Below are positions 59,678 to 64,000 of a stretch of 64,000 nt of DNA, piece after piece; positions within the stretch are counted from its first letter, which is position 1, and each line of letters opens with the position of its first letter. Made by a program: the position numbers and the translations under genes. Where the stretch lies: the NCBI GenBank assembly GCA_965222375.1, contig CBDCTZ010000013.1, positions 416,001 to 480,000 of the forward strand, written 5' to 3'. The notes under the pieces are model-generated. The model was not told where the DNA came from. It made no database searches and saw nothing but the letters and a program-made list of their open reading frames with translations. The stretch comes from Polyangiaceae bacterium (lineage in GTDB: Bacteria; Myxococcota_A; Polyangia; Polyangiales; Polyangiaceae).

Positions 59678-61015
59678 TCATCCCGTGCCGTCTTCCAGGC
59701 GCTGGTTGATCGCGTCCACGACCTTCCCGTAGTCGGCCGCCAGCATCATCGGCGGGTTTGCCAATCTAGACGCGACGTCCGGAACCTTGCCCTCGTGATA
59801 GCGCACCTTGAATTCCGTGAACTTCAGACCGCTGGCCGTCGAGATGCATACGACTTTGTGATGCTTCTCGATCGTGCCCTGCTTCACCAGCTTTTCCAGG
59901 GCTGCAAGCGCGACGGCGGTGTGGGGGCAGGTGTACATGCCCGTTCGATCCGCTCGCGCAGCCGCATCGGATAGTTCCTGCTCCGTGGCTTGTTCGACGA
60001 TGCCATCCATGGCTTCTAGAGCACGCACAGCGCGGGGCGCACTAACCGGATTGCCGATCTGAATCGCCGTCGCTTGAGTGGGCTCAGCCACGATCGGCAC
60101 CACGGTCTTTTCCTTGGCAACGTACGCTCGATATAGGGGATTCGCGTTTGCAGCTTGGGCCATGACCAAGCGCGGGAACCGCGAGATCAGCCCCAGCTCG
60201 CGCATCATTTCGAAGCCGGCATGCAGGGCGGACGCATTGCCGAGGTTCCCGCTCGGAAGGATGATCCAATCCGGCACCGCCCAGTCGAATTGTTGGGTGA
60301 TCTCGATGCCGACGGTCTTCTGCCCCTCCAGCCGCAACGCGTTCATGCTGTTGGCCAGGTAAACCTGCCCTTCTTCAGCCAGCTGGGTCACGATCTTCAT
60401 GCAACCATCGAAGTCCGTGTCCAGTCCCAGCACGAGGGCCCCGTGGGCGAGGGGTTGTACCAACTGCCCGGTCGAGATCTTGCCTCGGGGCAAGAGCACC
60501 ACTACCGGGAGCCCCGCCGCGGCGCCATAGGCCGCGAGGGCGGCGCTGGTGTCACCCGTCGAAGCGCAGGCGACTGCCTTGAGTTTCAGGCCTTCGCGTA
60601 CGGCCATGCGCACGACGCTAACCAACACGGTCATACCCAGGTCTTTGAAAGAACCGCTGTGGCTATTGCCACACAGCTTGACCCAGAGGTCGCCGAGACC
60701 AATGGACTTCCCGTAGCGCTCAGCCCAGAAGAGATTCGAGCCACCCTCGTAGGTGCTGACAATCAGGTCATCAGGCACCGTGGGCATGACCCACTCCTTC
60801 TTGCCCCAGACGCCCGAGCCATAGGGCCAGGTGGTTTTCATGTAGCGGCCGTCGAACAGCTGTTTCCACTCCTCGGCAGTTTTGGTCTTCAGCGCATCTG
60901 TGTCGTGCACGACCTGCAACAGGCCACTGCAACTGGGACAGCGATAGATCGGTTGAGTTACGGGGTAGCTGCCAGCGCATCCAGCAAGACAAGCGAGTTC
61001 AGCACGGTAGGTCAC
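59678..61015 (-). CDS. thrC: Threonine synthase
   Basis: SGSFKDLGM (PLP Lys), [33 protein letters not shown]; start reassigned to GTG 61015. Confidence 0.95.
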   Translation of the reverse strand: MTYRAELACLAGCAGSYPVTQPIYRCPSCSGLLQVVHDTDALKTKTAEEWKQLFDGRYMKTTWPYGSGVWGKKEWVMPTVPDDLIVSTYEGGSNLFWAERYGKSIGLGDLWVKLCGNSHSGSFKDLGMTVLVSVVRMAVREGLKLKAVACASTGDTSAALAAYGAAAGLPVVVLLPRGKISTGQLVQPLAHGALVLGLDTDFDGCMKIVTQLAEEGQVYLANSMNALRLEGQKTVGIEITQQFDWAVPDWIILPSGNLGNASALHAGFEMMRELGLISRFPRLVMAQAANANPLYRAYVAKEKTVVPIVAEPTQATAIQIGNPVSAPRAVRALEAMDGIVEQATEQELSDAAARADRTGMYTCPHTAVALAALEKLVKQGTIEKHHKVVCISTASGLKFTEFKVRYHEGKVPDVASRLANPPMMLAADYGKVVDAINQRLEDGTG

Positions 61016-61126
61016 GGGCGCGACTATAACCGACGCTCGCGCGCGTCGCTCGTTGACGGCTCGATCGAGTCGCGCTAACCGCGCGACGCGAGAGCGAGGC
61101 GCTCTCTGGCGACCCGGAAACAAAAG

Positions 61127-62251
61127 ATGGCGGCGCAAGAAGAGTCCGGCTCCAGCGACAAGCCCAAGTGGGCGCTCGTGTTGCGCCGAACGGATGCAGA
61201 TCCTGCGCGACGAGTCGGTGGGCTTTCCCTCGCGCTGCGGCTCGCCCTGGACGCCCAGACCTCGGGCGCCCAGGGCGTCGTGCTCGAACCGGGCGTATCC
61301 GCGCAGCTGCTGCACGACGCGCGCCTCAAGATTCCCGTGCTCGAAGAGGCAGCGGAGCGCCAGGCACTGGTGTCGGTACCTGCCAGCTACCTGATGCCAA
61401 GGCAGTTGCTATCGCGGCTCGCAGGGGGCGGGTTGCCGGCCCCAGGGCAGACGCGAGATTTGGTCGCGGAGCCGTTGCACGTGGACGTTCCTTACGGATT
61501 CGGGCCCTTGGACGTCCGGGATGCGGCGACCGCCCGCCAGGGCGAGCGCGCACTCTTCCGAGCACTGCGCAAGCCCCAAGACGGGTGGACGAGCCGCCAC
61601 TTGAACCGCTACATCTCGCTGTCGATCAGTCGGCTCCTGGTCCGCACGCCCCTGACGCCCAATCAGGTCTCCGTCGGGATCCTGGCCGTCGGGCTCGCCG
61701 GCGCCGTGCTCGCGACTCGCGGCGACTATCTGTCGCTGCTCGTCGCGGCGACGCTGTTCCAGGCCCAGAGCGTTCTGGACGGCTGTGATGGTGAGATGAG
61801 TCGGGTGACCCATCGCGGCTCCCTCGCTGGGCAGTGGCTGGATACGGTCGGCGATGATCTGACGAACTACGGTTTCTTCGCGGGGGCCGCCATTGGGCTC
61901 TATCAAACGACCTCCCATTGGGCCTATCTGCTCGCCGGCGGCGTGACCGTCCTATGCGGGGTCACGGTCAGCGCCATCGAGTACCGCTACTTGATCCGCA
62001 TCGGTTCCGGAGACTTGCTTCAGTATCCCTTGTCCGCGCAAAGCACCGCAGAGGATGGCGGCCTGTACTCGAAGATCGCGCCCTTGTTCAAGCGAGATAC
62101 CTTCGTGTTTCTGACCTGGATTGCCGCACTGTTTTCCCTGGTTGGACCCATGCTATTTGTGTTCGCGGCCGGTGCTGTTGGTATCTTGATGGGTGTGTTG
62201 ACCGCAGAACTGAGAATGGCGCGGGAGCGCCGCCAGGGCGCGACTCCGTGA
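61127..62251 (+). CDS. CDP-alcohol phosphatidyltransferase family protein with N-terminal extension
   Basis: [15 protein letters not shown]...GQWLDTVGD signature. Confidence 0.93.
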   Translation: MAAQEESGSSDKPKWALVLRRTDADPARRVGGLSLALRLALDAQTSGAQGVVLEPGVSAQLLHDARLKIPVLEEAAERQALVSVPASYLMPRQLLSRLAGGGLPAPGQTRDLVAEPLHVDVPYGFGPLDVRDAATARQGERALFRALRKPQDGWTSRHLNRYISLSISRLLVRTPLTPNQVSVGILAVGLAGAVLATRGDYLSLLVAATLFQAQSVLDGCDGEMSRVTHRGSLAGQWLDTVGDDLTNYGFFAGAAIGLYQTTSHWAYLLAGGVTVLCGVTVSAIEYRYLIRIGSGDLLQYPLSAQSTAEDGGLYSKIAPLFKRDTFVFLTWIAALFSLVGPMLFVFAAGAVGILMGVLTAELRMARERRQGATP

Positions 62252-63756
62252 AGGGCAGACGCGCGGCCATCGTCGCGCTACTGAGCGCCGGACTGTGGTC
62301 GACGTCTGGTTCCGCGGCTGGGCCCCTCGGCCCCAACGATAGTCCTCTCACGACCAGTCAGTACCGTGTAGACTTGACCCAAGGCGTCGTGCTCGCGGGC
62401 AGCCGCGTGCTGGGAATGGCAGGCGCGTACGTGGCGATCGCGGAGGGAGTCGATGGCAGCTCCCAGAACCCCGCAGCGCCCGCTGTTCGGCTGCCCTACT
62501 CCTTCGATCATTTCGACTACGACCTCGGACTGGGCCTCACGTTTCCTGGCGCCATCAGCGGCACGGACTTCTACAACTCCGGCCAGCGCACCGCGCTGCG
62601 CTCCGACCAAACGGGCTTCGCCTTCATCACGGTCGCCGGGCACATTCAGGATGGCAATTGGGGTTTTGGCATCTCCCTGGACTTTCAACGCTACCGCTTG
62701 ACGCGCATCGACGACGCTTCTTCCGGTCTGCAATTGGACGAAGTGTTCGCACTGTTCGGCGGCGCACGTATCCAGATTGCGCGACGCTTCTTTGACGGCC
62801 AGCTCGTCGTGGGGGCGGGTAGTCGAGGCACGGGGCTGCTCGTGCAGAACGAAAACCCAGCACCGGGGCAGCCCGCAGAGTTGTTCAACGCAACCGGCGC
62901 GGCTCTGGAGCTGGGCACGCTGTGGGCGCCGCACAACCAGCGCTTCCGAGTTGGCGCCGCAGTGCGAAGTGAGGTTCTGACCGGAGAACCCAGCAGCGAT
63001 GCGGCCAACACAACCAACGGGGATCGCGTCATCGGAGACCCCACCAGCGCCGAGGCCTTCTACTTGCCAGAAAAGGTCACGCTCCCCTGGGACCTCAACG
63101 TTGGTGTTGCGATCCAGCTAGGACCCCGGCCCCTGAACCCACGCTGGGTCGATCCTTCGCGCACCTTGGAGGCCTTCGAGCGTCACTTGGCCTGGCGGGA
63201 CCGGGAGCGAGAGCGACGCCGAGAGTACGCGGTGGCGCGCGCCCGCCTGGAGCGGCAAGACGAGACCACCGCCGCGGCCGCCGCAGACGCGACCAATGGG
63301 ACCGAAGAGGCGATGGACGAGCTTGCCTTGGAGCGCCGCCGGGACGCTGTGCGTCGGAAGCTGCGCGCACGCTATGAGGCGATGCGGCGTTTCTACATTC
63401 TCGTCAGTGGCTCCGTCCTCGTGACTGGACCCGTCAAGAACGGCGTGGGCGTCGAGTCATTCCTGCAACGTCGAGTGGACCGCTCCGGGGAAGACGTCAC
63501 GGTTTCCCCGCGCTTGGGAATCGAAAGCGAGATCGTTCCCCACTGGCTGAAGGTGCGCGGAGGTGGTTACGGCGAGCCCACCCGATTCGAACGGGGTTCT
63601 CCGCGCTTGCATGGAACCCTCGGTTTCGACTTGAAGTTGTTCCCGTGGACGGTGTTCGGGTTGTTCGAAGACGGAACCCAGTGGCGCGTGTCTTCGGCGA
63701 TCGACGGTGCCAAACGCTACTTCGGTTGGGGCGTGAGCGCGGGAGTGTGGCATTGA
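62248..63756 (+). CDS. Probable outer-membrane beta-barrel (FadL/PorV-like N-terminal motif)
   Basis: Signal peptide from GTG 62248 (GTGA overlap), RVLGMAGAYVAIAEG...QNPAA, alternating beta-strands, aromatic C-terminus. Confidence 0.72.
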   Translation: MKGRRAAIVALLSAGLWSTSGSAAGPLGPNDSPLTTSQYRVDLTQGVVLAGSRVLGMAGAYVAIAEGVDGSSQNPAAPAVRLPYSFDHFDYDLGLGLTFPGAISGTDFYNSGQRTALRSDQTGFAFITVAGHIQDGNWGFGISLDFQRYRLTRIDDASSGLQLDEVFALFGGARIQIARRFFDGQLVVGAGSRGTGLLVQNENPAPGQPAELFNATGAALELGTLWAPHNQRFRVGAAVRSEVLTGEPSSDAANTTNGDRVIGDPTSAEAFYLPEKVTLPWDLNVGVAIQLGPRPLNPRWVDPSRTLEAFERHLAWRDRERERRREYAVARARLERQDETTAAAAADATNGTEEAMDELALERRRDAVRRKLRARYEAMRRFYILVSGSVLVTGPVKNGVGVESFLQRRVDRSGEDVTVSPRLGIESEIVPHWLKVRGGGYGEPTRFERGSPRLHGTLGFDLKLFPWTVFGLFEDGTQWRVSSAIDGAKRYFGWGVSAGVWH

Positions 63757-64000
63757 GGCTCTCACTCGCTGTGGCGATGGCGCTGCTGGCGGCATGTTCC
63801 AAAAAGGAGCCGCCCCCTCCCGAGCCGACGGAGCCCTGGCCCGCGCACGCGGCGCCCTCCGCCAAACAGTCGCCCAGCAAGCGCACCACTTATCAAGTCG
63901 AGGAGCGCGCCTCGGCCCGAGTTCGCTTGAAGACCCGAGCGCTGACGGCGCGCGGGGAACTGCGAGTTGCGCGCGGCCAGCTCGAAATCAACCTCAACGA
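63747..64000 (+). CDS. Lipoprotein, possibly YceI-like (partial)
   Basis: Own translation: LLAACSKKEPPPPEP...TYQVEERASARVRLKT...RGELRVARGQLEINLN; runs off window. Confidence 0.55.
   Translation, partial: MALRLSLAVAMALLAACSKKEPPPPEPTEPWPAHAAPSAKQSPSKRTTYQVEERASARVRLKTRALTARGELRVARGQLEINLN

Overview
GC-rich bacterial chromosomal DNA whose gene content (many lipoproteins with Gly/Ser/Thr-rich linkers, PEGA and giant TPR proteins, Cys-rich repeats, ECF sigma/anti-sigma pair) points to Myxococcota, probably Polyangiales-like; this taxonomy is inference. About 45 CDS are supportable, including a HAD/ECH fusion, an arsM-like/arsR pair with promoter and inverted-repeat operator, an NTT-HEAT transporter with a tandem cNMP partner, a B12-binding radical SAM protein, hybrid kinases, three GT-C glycosyltransferases, a molybdopterin oxidoreductase, ppk2, thrC and a CDP-alcohol phosphotransferase operon. 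I found no rRNA, tRNA, CRISPR array, transposase or integrase. The best candidate for an undescribed system is the B12 radical SAM enzyme fused in frame to a signal/lipobox-like segment and a Cys-rich, probably exported domain (20980-23310). The first 41 kb also has repeated truncation junctions (~10905, ~23320, ~28262, ~39345, ~40270), two single-base frameshifts and an in-frame TAG. These could reflect real genome decay or assembly error, and only reads can decide. All calls come from motif recognition by eye; no searches were run.
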